From assembly GCA_011109175.1 (NCBI GenBank), contig RDEW01000048.1, forward strand, positions 352,137 to 416,136: DNA of 64,000 nt, given 5' to 3'. Origin of the DNA: Dicyema japonicum. Its lineage: Eukaryota; Animalia; Dicyemida. The notes under the pieces are model-generated. The model saw only the letters and a list, made by a program, of their open reading frames with translations, was not told where the DNA came from and searched no databases. A program made the position numbers and the translations under genes. Below, piece after piece: positions 26,648 through 43,724 of this stretch. How positions within the stretch are numbered: the stretch's first letter is position 1; every line of letters begins with the position of its first letter.

Positions 26648-28300
26648 TAATAAAGAATTAGAAAATTTAAGAATCACGTGGTCAAAACTATTATCTTTAA
26701 GCAGTTTGATAGATGAGCCAATAAAGATAACAGTCAAGCATAATTAAAGTAGTTTTTTGTAGACAAACAAAAAGAGTTGGTTAACATTAAATTCCATTTC
26801 GACAAGTACTCCGACATGCAAACGTGACAAAGCATTTCAATTTTAAATGACTCAAGTGGTGTTTATAGTATTTGCTCACGACTCCATCCCAAGTAAGGAC
26901 TACTGGGACCACGTGAACTTTCGCTTTGTGTATAATCCCCATCTCACTTGCGAGAAGATCGTACTTGCGGCCTTTCTCCACTTCTACATGTTTCAAAGAA
27001 TCTTGGGAGGTTATTCCCACTTCTATTAGCGTTATTATGTTCTTGATTTTGTCACACACGAAAATATCCGACTTGTTATATTCTCGTATCCGTAGCTATT
27101 GTTGTGTCAACGCGAATTTCCACAAGTTCAGTTACAACCGTTGTTTGCACTGAATGAGTCTTTAGTCTTTTCGATTTCTTTATTCCATACTTCCTGCACA
27201 GGTGTAAGTGTATGCACCTGACGACCTTATTATGACGACGTAAGTAGTCACTATTGAGCATTCTCCCACACCTTATTGCCAGATGATGCACTGTTTTTTT
27301 TCGCTCATCTGTTCAATTTCAATGAGTCCTATATAATAATTATATAGAGAAGTCGCATGCTCATTGATTGCCTTGAAGAAATTGACACTATTCAGTTTAG
27401 TCTTTGTAAGATTCACGCTCATATTCTCCACTTCTGCATAAATAGACTTCATCACATTAGTCTTCACGACGTTACTATATTTGTCTTCTAATACGCCAAG
27501 ATATCGATAACCTCAAGACCGTCAAGTAACATAGCTTTTTCAACCAACAATCAACATTTGTGGCTGATTTGTCGATATTAGGCTCCAGTCCAGCCACATC
27601 AAAAAATTTTCCAACTTGGTTCATCATTCTTAGCATTGTGTCATAAGATATTAATTTAAGATCATCCGTAAACAAAAAGTGGTGAGTAGCATAGGTAAGA
27701 GTATTTCCCTCAGCATCCATGGTCACTTTAGGGTATTTACCATTCAATAGTCGACTCAGCGGATCAATCAATAATACAAATAACTGTGGGGATAAGGAAT
27801 CTTCTTGTAATATTCCCCTTCTTAGATTCACCACACCAAACAATTTTCCATTAAATTTAAGTTGGAATGTCCACATTTTCATAAGTTTTTTTTTATAAAC
27901 GTAATAATCCATAAAGGTAGTTCAGAGTTTTCTAAAACTTCGTACAGAAAGCCATCTTACATCAATCCAAGTCGAGCGTAAATTGGCTGACTGTTTGTTA
28001 ATAGTTAACCAATGCTTGTTCTTTCGCACCCTGACACATTCTACGAGTTCCTAACTGGTTATCACTAATTAGATCGAATGCTTCAATATATTTGCTCAGC
28101 TTCACCCACATTCACCCACTTTGTTGTCAATTTATAGAGGTTAGACATGTACGTGATCGGTCTAAGGTCCTTCGGAATGTCACAAACTTCTTTCTTTGGA
28201 ATAAAGTAAGTGACACCAGTATAAAACCATGACTCAGGAGTCGATTATAACCTTTTCTATTTCTTGGTATTTATAATCATGGAGGGACGTAATCTTCTTA
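26648..28300 (-). mobile_element. R4/Dong-like non-LTR element, 3' half (RT, CCHC, restriction-like endonuclease)
   Basis: GILQEDSLSPQLFVL, HHFLFTDDLKL, YRYLG-like segment, HLAIRC...YLRRHNKVV, and LIEVGITSQD...EKGRKYDLLA. Confidence 0.85.
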
Positions 28301-28609
28301 ATAAAGAAATTGTAGATCCCATCACAGCCGCACGCTCTTCAATTTGGCAAAAGTGGATTATTCTGTCACATGGGCGGCGCGTAACGCATGGGCAGCCTGT
28401 TACATTTTTTTCGACCTTGAAAAGGTCTTTTGATTATCCGACATTTGATTTTGTATATCTGATTTATATCGTGATTTAATCCTGTTAAATTAGTTTTTTA
28501 TTCATAAATGTTATGATCATAAAGATTTTATTTTTTTTATAGCGGTAAACCTAGATTTCTAGCGTGATTTATAGCATGGAAGATTATTTTGTTGCAATGG
28601 CTTCTTACA

Positions 28610-29160
28610 AGGGTTTGTGAAAAATTGCGTTGAATATCAAACTTTAAAAGATGCTTTGCATGATAATTTTCCCGAAAATCTTCCGAGGCATCGAAAATAT
28701 AGGCTTGTAAAGAAGATAGAGAATTTTTCTATTATCTATGACAGGTATTGTAAATTTGCAATAATTTTAGACTGTATCTTAAATCAACTGATTCTAAGTT
28801 AGTCATATCTCTGGATAATGAAACCGAAATGGACCATGTTGCGAAATCGTTGCACGAGTTTTCACACGGAGGAGTCAATAAAATTGAGCATGAATGTCGA
28901 CAAAGATACTTCACTGTAAAGAATGAGATTATCAGAAAAGTCATTCGAAATTGTGAAGTCTGCAAATTTTCGCGTCCTTTAAAAGTTCGTGATTTTTTAT
29001 AATTGTAGATTGGAGATATAAATCACCATTTGTATGCTTCTTCTCCAAATGAACGTTTTCAGGTAGATCTAATAGACCTGAAAAAATTTTCAACATTAAA
29101 TGAAAATTTCAAATGGATTTTAACGGTCATTGACATATATAGTAGAAAGATATCGAGGAA
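28610..29160 (+). mobile_element. Integrase fragment (HHCC zinc finger plus start of rve core; Ginger/GIN-like)
   Basis: LHEFSHGG...IRNCEVC, then ERFQVDLIDL...KWILTVIDIYS; truncated and nested in the R4-like element. Confidence 0.7.
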
Positions 29161-29599
29161 TTAAGGGAATAAATTCAATAATTCATGGTTATACTTATAT
29201 CACATTATGACTTAGATAATTTAAGTGATGAGTGTGCGATTCCAGAACAAATTGACGATTTGGTTAATTGTTCGACTCCAGAATCTATTGAAAATTTATA
29301 TCTAGATAATTCCCAGTCAGATAATTTGTGTCTGAATGCGAAGAGATTCAATTTCGAAATTAAATCGATTGAAGAAAATTCTAATTATTACAAAGCTATG
29401 AGCAGGAAAATGAATGTTCATAATAGTAAATATACTTTAATGGGAAATAAAGTATGAATTAAAAACATTAATAAATAGGTTCGGGCTAAAAAGGACTTTG
29501 GAACAAATGCCTCTAAGTTTGAGTCTCAGTATTATCCAGTTGCAGAAATAATTAATATTTTATCGAATAATCGCGTAGAGGTAGTTTTAAATAGTTTAA

Positions 29600-30682
29600 T
29601 TTGATAGATAAAAAATTCGAAAGGAGAAATATCGACTGTATTAATGAGTAGACAAAAAAAAGTTACTTAAATTTAATTTTTTGTGGTAATAAATCATTTA
29701 TAAAATTAATTGAAGTCAATCTTGGTTCAAGGTTAATGTAACAAGCAGCCATAGGTATCGCTTGGCCCATGTGACATATTCTCAGCAATCCTTCTTTCGA
29801 GAAGTCAGCATATATCTCCTCTTCCCCATTAATCCTTTTAGATATAGAGAATCCCACATCCTTATCCTTTTCCTTCCACATGTTTTTCAAAAAAGCTAAA
29901 CATTCCTCGATCTCAAAATTGTATACAGAACTGCGGCCTTCCACTCTCATCTTCCTATAAAAAGCGCCTTCTATTAAGCTCAAAGCATAAATTGTCTCTT
30001 TGAAATTCCTTTCTCGACTTGTGCATCCTAATCTATTGATTGTGCACAACAATCTTTCCGGATCTCCTTTTTTGACTTCTTGTATGCATAAACACACAAA
30101 GCTTCTCTCGTTGAGTCATCATACTTCTGATTTCCCGATGACCCAACTAGTGCGCTGATTTTTTCTACGTGATTCTTTAGTTTTGTAAGTCGTCTATTTA
30201 TTGATTTAGTCAGTCGCTCTCCTTGCAGTTTAGCAGTACAGTGCAGTTTGTTTCATAGCACTGTCTAGCATAAAGGATATCTGTAATATCTTTCATTGTA
30301 TTCGGGGGCATACTATTGATATAGTATCCCACAGCATAATTCAATCCGGATAATATATCCTTTTTGAGAAACCGATAAGGAATTTTCCTGGTTGGTTTTC
30401 GTTTATCCCGGGAAATCGGCTTGATCTCTTGAATCCGGCATGAAAAACTCTTCCAAGCACTTAGTGAAACAGGCAATCTCCGACTTCTCGGCGCTCTGCC
30501 GATTTCCTCCTTGGTGACACGTAGTATTCTTTACATCACATTTGAGAAGTAATTTCACATTTGCCACAGATTTGGTGGTACTGAACCGCAATATATCCGT
30601 AATGAAGCATTAGAAAATTTAATAAAACCACGTGGTCAGAACTATTATCTTTAAGATAAGCCAATAACGATAACAATCAAGT
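29600..30682 (-). mobile_element. R4-like element, 5' half (pre-RT region)
   Basis: Collinear with 26648-28300; AFYRKM...FLKNMW-type pre-RT segment; ends in the same roughly 85-bp repeat as 26648-26740. Confidence 0.6.
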
Positions 30683-30860
30683 ACAATATTAATATTAATT
30701 TTTAATAATATTTAATTGTAATAATATTTAATTGTAATAAAACTAAATTCCCAATACAATTTCATGCAGTTAGACCCTTTGCCACTGAAAATATGTGTTA
30801 AATATTACGTTAAGGGCAATATAAATATGGTTGACTTGCGGTTTATCGTCAACGGTCATA

Positions 30861-32227
30861 ATGGTATTATTATTATTTTACACGATTCTCTCCATAAATT
30901 CACTTAAATTCACACACTTACCTAACTTTGAGACAATCACAAACAATAACATTAAAGTGGAATGCAAAACTGATTATAAATCAGCAAAGTCTTAATTCCC
31001 AGTTATATTTAGAATTCGGTGGAGGCTCAACGGCATTAATAGTTCCAAACCAGTCCTCACCTTTACTAGAGGACAAATTGGGGAATTTCAATGCATTGCC
31101 TCAAATGGTAATGACACAATTTATTCTCCCATGTTAAAACTAATAAAACCAAGTATTTGTAATCTACATTAAGAATCAATCGATAAGCCTGAGTTTATAT
31201 TCCAATTCAATTCCCGTGGACTCGTCTTCAAATATTCTCAACTCTCGACTGGTTATATTTACAAAGATCAGGTGGAGTGCACAGGAAATGCACAAATTAT
31301 GGATGATAGTAATAATATTTAATTTATCAAGAATATGCATATATTATGGAATATCATGAAACTATTGAATGTCATGTAAAATCACTAAACATCACTACTG
31401 CTATATATAAGGTTACTCCCTCTTTTACTGATTGTATTAATATAAAATATGTTTTCATAGTCTAAGATGATTTACCCCCACGTGGAGCCTCACTTGTTGT
31501 ATCAGACGTAGATTCAGGGATTTGTGTGTCGAGCAACTGGTTGAATATAAATGTAATAAACAGTGACAATTCCAGAATATTTATAAACAAAATAACATAA
31601 TAACTGAACTTAAAAACATCGAAAGTGGTTATTACACGTGCATGGATTGTAATGGGGAAGAACGTCCTTTTCAATTGACCTTTGAAGGTTTAATGATGAG
31701 TAATTAAGAATCTGTTAAAATACTTATTAAATTTGACAAATACACAAAAGTTAATGAGAAATTGTTACAATTGGAATGCCCCACAACGGAACCTCTACAA
31801 ACATTCGTTGGTACTTTGACACTGAAAGAAATGGTAGAATGTAAAAAACTAAGAAATAAAAAATACTCGTCAAAAAGAATCGATTATTCTAGAATATGAT
31901 GAAATATTTTCTTATGGAAGTGATACAAGACTGGTCTCTTGTTTCGTAATGAATCGTGACTCAATGGACTACAGAGAGACTATGCTGGAGAAAAGTTATA
32001 CAAACAAATAATATTTAGAAGTCCAAGTAAACTCAAATAAATTAACAGAGAGATTACTTGAGAATTTACGTACTGCTTTTATAGTGATGACAGTAATATT
32101 GTGTGTGATTATATTAATTCTCATTACTTTTAGTAATCAGTATTTATTATATTTAGTTTGGAAAATATCATCACAGAAAAAGAAAATACACAGAGAGACT
32201 CAGTTCAACACTTTTTGTAATTATTAA
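30861..32227 (+). CDS. Ig-superfamily type I membrane protein (possibly pseudogenised, or assembly errors)
   Basis: Signal peptide MVLLLFYTILSINS; VECK..IRWRLNG..GEFQCIASNG; ESGYYTC; LEC..IRWYF..VSC; TM AFIVMTVILCVIILILITF; basic tail; about 8 tiny introns; two apparent 1-nt deletions. Confidence 0.7.
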
Positions 32228-33039
32228 TATAACACATTTATTCTAAAATAATATTATTTCCAATTAAACCTGCAAACTAAGGGACTACGTCACCAACTCT
32301 CCATGTGGTTAATCAATAACCATTTACTCCAGAGACATTCACTTATTAGTTTCTTTGTTTTCACCGTGGTATACTTAAGAATATAAGAGGTACAAAACGT
32401 TGAAATGTCCTCAATAACAAAATGTAGTGCTATTAACTTGTCTATGCCTCATACAATACTATAGTGTAGTGGTTCCACCTTAAGGTGCTCGCGGAACCAC
32501 TCCAATTCAATTATTAAAATTTTCACTTAAAACATAATCGTAATAACCGAAAACAATTTTAATGTGAACATTAACTTTTTATTATAGTTGTGTAACGTTA
32601 GGAGTTATTGTTGACAATTATATCCTCAAATCAGGAAAGATTTGGTAGACGTATATATTGAAAACCCCGACTCGCATGAGTAAGTAGCTGGAAGAGGTAA
32701 AAGTGTACTGCATATAGCCTTTTCTGAGATATCAGGATATTTTGAAATGTATGCTCTCCAAATATTAAAAAGGGATTCATTTTATATATCTGATTTGAGG
32801 TTGATTCTGATGTCAAAGCAATAAGCATATTCAATTGATGTTAGATTTGCTGGTATTACTTGGAATACATTTCGTACCCAATCGTCATCAAATATATCCG
32901 GAAAATATTTTGCAATGTTGTCATCCAAAATTACCAAATGATGCTCTTGCAGAACGGCATAGCATGTAATGTTATTTTATTTACGGAAGACCATCAAAAT
33001 TTGTTCGCCATAAATACACTTGATGATCTTTTATGCCTT

Positions 33040-33360
33040 TATAAGATTTTCGGCAATTGTATGTGCCTCTCCACAACGTGCTGTAAGAGAACTCACCTGT
33101 TTAATTAAAATAATTGTAGATTCATCAATATTCTTTTGAGCGCTACGCGACCAATTCGCGTTTTATCCGATAGTGGTCGAGACAACTGGAAAAATAAGTG
33201 GAAAATCGCTTCGCTTCCTCAAGAACTCGGACGCTTAGTTACACTAAAAAGCCACGACGCACGTGAGACCCGGTGGCTACTCCAGTTGATCTCTGTTGCA
33301 ATCGTAAGAAGCAACGCAACGTCGATAATGTCGGCGGGATCCACTTTGGATTGATGGCAG
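33040..33360 (+). mobile_element. CRE-like RLE retrotransposon 3' fragment
   Basis: DARETRWLLQLISVAIVRSNATSIM-stop. Confidence 0.6.
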
Positions 33361-33899
33361 TTTTAAATAAAAGATTAATTAAATAATTTATGATAAATTT
33401 CGCGGAAATATAAAACTGTTGGGAACCACTGCTATAGTAAATTGTTGGATCCTCTATGAAAAAATTGTTCGTTAGAAAATTGCTTAAAACTTTAAAAAAA
33501 CACATCAGACTTTCGTAAAAAGAAAGACTGCATTTGCATAGGAATGTTTGGGAGGAGATTGTGCTCAGTCTTTTTCATATAAAGATGTTAGTGAAATTTA
33601 AGGCTGGTTGGAAAATAGACTGTTCCCATTAAGAAAATTCACTTGGCACTATTTACGTCAGCGAAAAATAATTATTTCGATAAGAAAGAATAGTCAACTT
33701 AGCTTTGAATGGCAATATCTCTCCCGATTAAAGAGATCATATTCTGAGACATGTTTAAAAAGATACCTAAATATTGTCGGGATAATCAACCAGTCCTATG
33801 GATTGCGTTTCATCCTACTCTTCGATGAATATTTAATTCCGTCGTTTTTTGGAGCCCAAGACTTCTTTAAACCTTTCCTCTTTTCTATTACTATTGAGA

Positions 33900-34600
33900 A
33901 AATAACAAAACTTGCTGTCTTCTCTCAAACTATTGTATCTGGATGATGCACTTCTTGAGGTTCCCAGATGTTGTCACTTTTGTATGAAGCTAGCGGTTCG
34001 GTACCACCAATGACAGGGACAAGTGTGGAATTATTAACTGTGGACATTCGATATCGATTTTCCCAAGCCCATTGTTCTTTCCATTCGTTGTTGTCAGGGA
34101 GTTTTTTCTTGATTCTTTTTTGACTAAAAGTGCGATGGAGAAAGTGATATTTAACAAATCCTCTTTGTCCATGGCTTCTTGACCATTACACTGCTTGGTT
34201 TCTACTGAGGTAAAGTCTATCTATCCAATTGACGTCGACCATCTACTAAAATCTATCCCCGTGACTATTCATCACTCTAACCTTTCTAAGATTTGCAACG
34301 GAGTCTGGATGATGTTTCATGCCGAAGGGTTTTCGATAAGCTACTTAAATCCTCAAATCAACACTGTCGTGCATATCTGTTGTACAGAGAATCTCTTAAA
34401 TAGGAGTGGCTTAAAAGAGTTTTGGAGCTAGCTACGAGCTGAATTCCTTCGCCTTAGACTGACGATCTGTCTATCATAAACAAAGTCAAATCTTTGACAT
34501 TACAAGAGGTCAATTGAATGTTTTATCCATGGACGCAATAATAATGTCATTGGCATATAAGAGGATCGTTTTCTGGGTTGTTGTGACCATCCAATAAGCA
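33900..34600 (-). mobile_element. Decayed LINE RT fragment
   Basis: LLYANDIIIAS (degenerate YADD) and downstream thumb remnants. Confidence 0.5.
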
Positions 34601-34721
34601 GATTCGTAGCCAGTTGAATTAATGATTAATCTTTTGGCTTTATTTTGACAATAATAATTATTTTTTAATAAAATAAATTATTTAAATTATTTAAATATTT
34701 TAACGATTAATAAACACGTGA

Positions 34722-38172
<3,451 letters not shown>

Positions 38173-38839
38173 TTTGTTTTGATTTTGCTTTCGTATTTTG
38201 TGAAAATATTGTTTTATTAAGGTTTTTGGTAATACCACTGTGGGACTGTTATCCGATAAAGGTAATTTTCAACATCGGATTTTGTCTGAAAGTAAGAAGG
38301 GAGTAGTGTATTCGGGTTTGTCGGTAAGTTTGTAAGCTGAATAAGACTAAAGAGAAAGTCACATCCGAAAATATAATCTTCATATTACGGATCTTTTTGT
38401 TTAATAAATGATGTTTTGTCAAATACTGTTGATAGGCAATGAGTGATCATTTTGGAGTTTTATCACAATGAATTTACTAAGCTATAGTTTCATGTTGGGA
38501 CTATTTCGAATATATTTTGTCACAAGTTACCAAGGAACAGAGTTTGATGTATTGGTGATATCTACTAACAAAGGGACAGGTTTCCAGTGAGGATTAGGTA
38601 ATTATAAATTAGGAAAGGGGGTCAGGAACCAACGGGTTTTTCAACCTTGGTGTAATTGCAAAGGACAAATTTCTGTCTTGACTTTACAACTAACACACAT
38701 CTCTTCAACATTTTGGTAACAAAACATGCGGTTCGTCTTATTTCTAATATTATTTCATATTTGTAAATTTTTTAAAATTTACTCTCAAAAAAATTATATC
38801 TTGCTCGGATATTCCTTTATCAATCTTTTCCATCTTCTA

Positions 38840-38955
38840 GAGCAGAGGTTTCGACAGAGGAAGATGGAAAAGACTAACTATAAATATTGTTTCTTTGAGT
38901 GTTGCACATGCGGGGCTATAATCATTATGGCTTTCGTGAAAGTGCCTTAATAATA
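38840..38955 (+). repeat. Retroelement 3' tail with hairpin and TAA tail (copy A)
   Basis: GCACATGCGGGGCTATAA..TATGGCT.TCGTGAA(A)GTGC also occurs at 49887-49927. Confidence 0.65.
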
Positions 38956-38999
38956 GAGCAGAAGTTACCAGATTTTTTACAAGCCTCCCTTTTTTTATT

Positions 39000-40250
39000 T
39001 AACCTAAGACCACCGTAAACCCAAACTAACTATCACGTGATCCAGATGCATTCTAGCAGAGACATCAACTTTGCCAGGTGTGCTTCCTTCGTGCCCGCGC
39101 ATGAACGTACGGCTGCCTGAATTTTCAGGGCCACCTTCCCGTGATCTTGAGTCCAGTCTTATAAGGGCCTCCAGAGGCGTAGGTCTGGTTCGGTGATCTT
39201 CACAAATCCAACGCTCCGTTACTCTGTAAGCCCTCTTTTGCATTTCCTCAATTTTCCTCATATTTGTCCAAGATATGGACGGTCCCCACGAGGCGCATGC
39301 ATATGAGAAACATGGCTCAATGTATTGTTTGTATACGTTCATCAGGCTCGTGTGAGTACCACTCTTCCATATTCCCGATAAACTTTTCAATACGTTCTTT
39401 TATTCTCCCGAGCACAAGCCTCTCCAGGATTTTTGACATGGAACATAGTAGTGACACCGGTCTAAAAGACGCTGGATCATCTCTCGGTCTTCTTGATTTC
39501 AGTATTGGCCGAATTATTGCATGTTTCCATAATAATGGTATCACATTCTGGTCAATCGAACAGTTGAAGACCGACGTAAGGAAAGTGATTCCCCTGTCTC
39601 CAAGATTTTTTAATGAAATAACAAGAATGTTGTCTGGTCCGTGGGAGTATGTCACTTTTACGAAATGTATTGTATCCCTTACCTCTCTCCGAAAAAAAGA
39701 GTGGTTCTGATAGTCTCTTTAGTTAGCTTCGTGATGGTAGTGTATCAGACTTCATGTGCTTCTTGTGTGAAATTTTAGTATAGAATTTTATCAAGTTGTT
39801 CACACCTCGTTAAACATAATCCTCCTCTCTTAAAATTTCATCGCCTTTTGCCACATTTCGAATAGCTTTCTACACCTCTCCCGTATTGCGATTTCTATTT
39901 ACCATTGTAACGATTCCACTTCATCCTCTTGGCATTGAGTTCTTTTGCCTTCATTTCATTATTCAATGTTCTGATCCGGAGTTTCATATCCAAGGCTATC
40001 CGGTTAGATTTTTTAAGCTGATTTCTTTTTTTAATCAAGGCCGTCTTCCCTCGACCACTCGACGAATTTAAGTAATGTTTGGGTATAGCCCTTGATCTTG
40101 CTTCCAAGATTATGTGGGTAAAGTAGCTGATGGCATTCTCCAGAGAACTGAAGCTATCCAAGTAACAATTCTTAATTTCGTCTTCTGAGATTTCGCGATA
40201 CAATTTCTAGTTAGAAAAAAATATACAATCTTATGACTCCCTTTATGTTC
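39000..40250 (-). mobile_element. Jockey/I-like LINE with the RT core deleted
   Basis: GPDNI...WKHAIIRPILK...DPASFRPVSLLC...ILERLV runs almost directly into YKQYIEPCFSYACASWG; ends ATC ACG TGA. Confidence 0.85.
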
Positions 40251-40429
40251 CATGATATATTATTTGTAGCATAAAAATTTTTTTAACACAAAAAAGTTAG
40301 TGAGATAAATGTTTTTCATTCTTTACACAAAGTATTTGAAATCTGAGGAGAGTTCTACTAGTTAAGAGACCCTGAAGATGTTACTCGTAGGAAGATCCTT
40401 GCTATGAGTGGACTGAAAAAAATATCGTC

Positions 40430-40860
40430 AACGTGGAGCCACAAAAAAAGGATAGTACTAAACACCAGACTTATAATATACAAAGCTTTTGTCATCCGGT
40501 ACTAATATACAACTCTGAGACTTGGGGCATCCCTAAACGGGAAATGGACCGTCAACTGACCTATGAAGATCTCCAATGCAAACCTTTATAATAAATGCAA
40601 ATCCGGCGTGCTGTCAAATGATATTTTCAAATCAAGATGGAGCCTCTTTGGCCACATGTTACGTCTAAATGACCAAATCCCAGCAAATGTCGCAATGGAC
40701 AACTACTTCGCACACACAGGAGCCAGGTTCCGTGGTAAACCAAGAACGACACTACCGACTATCTTGAATGAAGACCTATCGGCGGTTGGTATGAGACTAA
40801 ATTCGACGGACGACCTGGACTACTTAAGAGAACAGAAGATCATTGTCGAGGCTTACTGAG
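40430..40860 (+). mobile_element. RTE-clade LINE 3' fragment
   Basis: LIYNSETWG, RWSLFGHMLRL and RGKPRTT. Confidence 0.75.
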
Positions 40861-41169
40861 AGGATGAATCGGAATACGGCAAAAGGGAGGCTTAATTAAC
40901 TTTATGTTTTCTCGGGCCTCGAATAAGATTTTAGATACCTTTCACTTTTTTCCTCCCAACCAAAAGGAATCAACATACAAGGATTTATTCCGTTAGCATG
41001 CAGAGCTAAACGCGTTTTCTCGAGTTTTTTGAAAATTGAGTCTCTCCATTTTGAGTCGTGCCATCCTTCTAAACCGTATAACACTCCAGGAGTATTGCTG
41101 AGTTGAAGGCATAAACATTATTATTAAGCCGAAAATCACCAGGTAAACTAATTAAAAGGAAAACGCTAT

Positions 41170-43400
41170 CAGGTGGTCACGGCTTCTCAGCAATATTCTC
41201 ATTTTTCCGGTATTGCTCTCGGGAACCGACACATGTTCGATAGCACCGTTCTTCTGGCGGTTTTCCATTTCGGGTAAATATGCCGCCGGAATTCCTCACA
41301 AGGACCTCAAATAGGGTTGCCCTTATTGGTATTCTTCGAGAAATTGTTTTGGTCATATTGGATTCAACGGAGTTGATGTTTGTTTTGGCGAGTTTTGTTC
41401 CTTAAGCTCAACATTCATACTTATAGTTGGCTCGATGAATTGAGTGTATAACATGGATAGTGACTGGTTTGAGGATCCTCTAAAATTTGAGACGAGCACA
41501 TTTACGAAGTTAAGCTTTCGTGCCGAAACACTGATTACGTTTGACACACGTGTGCTGAATTTTGGCTTGTTTCTTAGGATTAGTTCACCACTTAAAAATA
41601 GTTAGGCAGAATAGCTTGATGGTTATTATTATTAGCACTTCCACGAGAGCCATAATATTTATAGCCTCGCATGTGCAGCAAAAAATATAAGAGAATTAGT
41701 TGTGTCCAAAAAGTCTCCAACGCCTTCTATTCGACGTAAAAAAGAGGTAAAGGACTTTTCTGTATACGATGACATTGAATTTCTGTTCAACCATTTATGG
41801 AGTCCGTCCAGAGTAGTTTGTAATTTGTTAGTAGCTGTCGTAACACATATATCCTTGCAAGTCATATATTATGTCATCGGCAGAGTAGGTTAGTTTTTGG
41901 GATTCGATTTTCACTGGTGAAAACGATGTATGATTATGACCACATCTTGATTTCATCAATGACACGGGAGGATCCTCGTAATTTTTATGAGGTAAGTAGC
42001 TGTTCATCATTCTATCAAGTTCTATTTTGCTGATATCAGAACTGTTTCTCTTCTCAGGGTTTTTGATCATTGAAAGAGTCTTCCACATGATTGACAGGGA
42101 CCCCTGTTTGTTAAACGCGGAGGTAATTTTTCTCCATTCGTTCATTTTTCTTTCTTAGAGATCCAGCACTCGAATTCTGTACATAATTTCTGGTATTGGC
42201 CTTTGGATGCTTTTGAGTCGATTACACTCATTCATAATCTTCTTGGTTTTGTGATCAAAACGTTCAATGTAAGATTTGATTGACCTTTCCCTGATAAATA
42301 CTTCATTGCCTTCTGGATCTTTTTGTTAACACAAGAGACTGCATTATCGAGTGAGTTGAAACGCACTGCGTCGTAATCTGCTAAGTTTATGTCCACACAT
42401 TGAGCAAAAATTTTCTAATTAACGTTTCTGTAATCCAGGAACGTGTTGCGTTTTTTTCCAAGATGAGCGTGTTTTTCATCCGAATGAAAATAGGATTGTT
42501 GGCGCTCTGGAAGTCATAAATCACAGATTAGTTGGCAAGAGAAGCAATTAGGGGTGGCAAGGGTCAAATCAGGTGAAGTCGTGTTGTCATCAGCTCTATA
42601 GGGTGTTCTTGTGTTCATCCGATAGTCGTTAAGGATTATGAAGTTATCCAGTAGAAAGAGAAGAAAATTTCCTTTGGCATCATCAGTTCGGCTTTTGTAC
42701 ATGGTCGGGTGTTTCGCGTTGAGGTCTCCACATATCGACAAATGTTGGTATTGATGTAACACATTCATAGAGAAAATAAGTTTTTTTGGGCAGGAGCTGG
42801 CAGGGGGAATGTACATGTTCGCAATTGTGATATTTCCCATTCTTGTACGAATGGAGATCCCAGTGTATTCCACGAGAGACGGAAGATTGTAATGTAAAGG
42901 CGTTATAATGCCTGATCTCACTTTTCACGAGAGTAATAACTCCTCCACGGCCAAACTGGCGGTCCTTCCTGATAACAGTGTATCCCGGAAGTGTTGCAAA
43001 TGATTCTTTTTACTGTGTAACTAATTACACACCAGCGAACCACATGACACGCCATAACATAGGTCTTAGACTAGAGCTTTAACTTTCTAACGTAGAACAG
43101 AGTTCGTAGCTATTATTTTGCGCATTTTAGTATGTTCTATAAAATTACCTCCCTCGTCAATTATGAGGCCAGAGTATTTCATAGTTTTCTTCCGAGGTAT
43201 GCCATGTAACGAGTTCTTCAGGTAAGTCAGCCTCCTTCTAGTCAGCCTCCAACTTCTCTTGTGCGACTGTTAGAAAGTTTCTATTCACTAATCTTCGATC
43301 TGCGCGGATCAGGACATCCCCGAAGTTTGTTTCTCGAACATTGTTTCCATTTCAAAAAAACTACAACATTTTTTAATTCAAAAGAAATTTCTTGTTAACC
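41170..43400 (-). mobile_element. Decayed Jockey/I-like LINE (APE, linker, partial RT)
   Basis: NITIANMYIPP, ICGDLNAKH, TPYR...SPDLTL and LYTQFIEP. Confidence 0.8.
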
Positions 43401-43724
43401 TAATAAACTTTAGTCGAATATGTTTCGAGGTAAGATGTAAAAAAATCAATTAGTGAGTCTCTTGAACCCTCATGTCCAAATTGGAGGAATTTTCGTTACA
43501 ATAATTTTCAGAATGTTCAAAAATATATAACAATGCCTTTTTGGTAATGGTCCCAGTTTATAATTGACAGATCATTGCATCAAGAGCAGACTTAACGAGT
43601 TAGGTTGAGTTTATAAAATATTGGTAGATGATCACTACCAATATCTCAAGCGTTATTTGGTCCTTCCAAAAATTAATGAACAGATTCCGATTTTAACGAC
43701 ATGCCCAAATAATTTCAGCCATTA

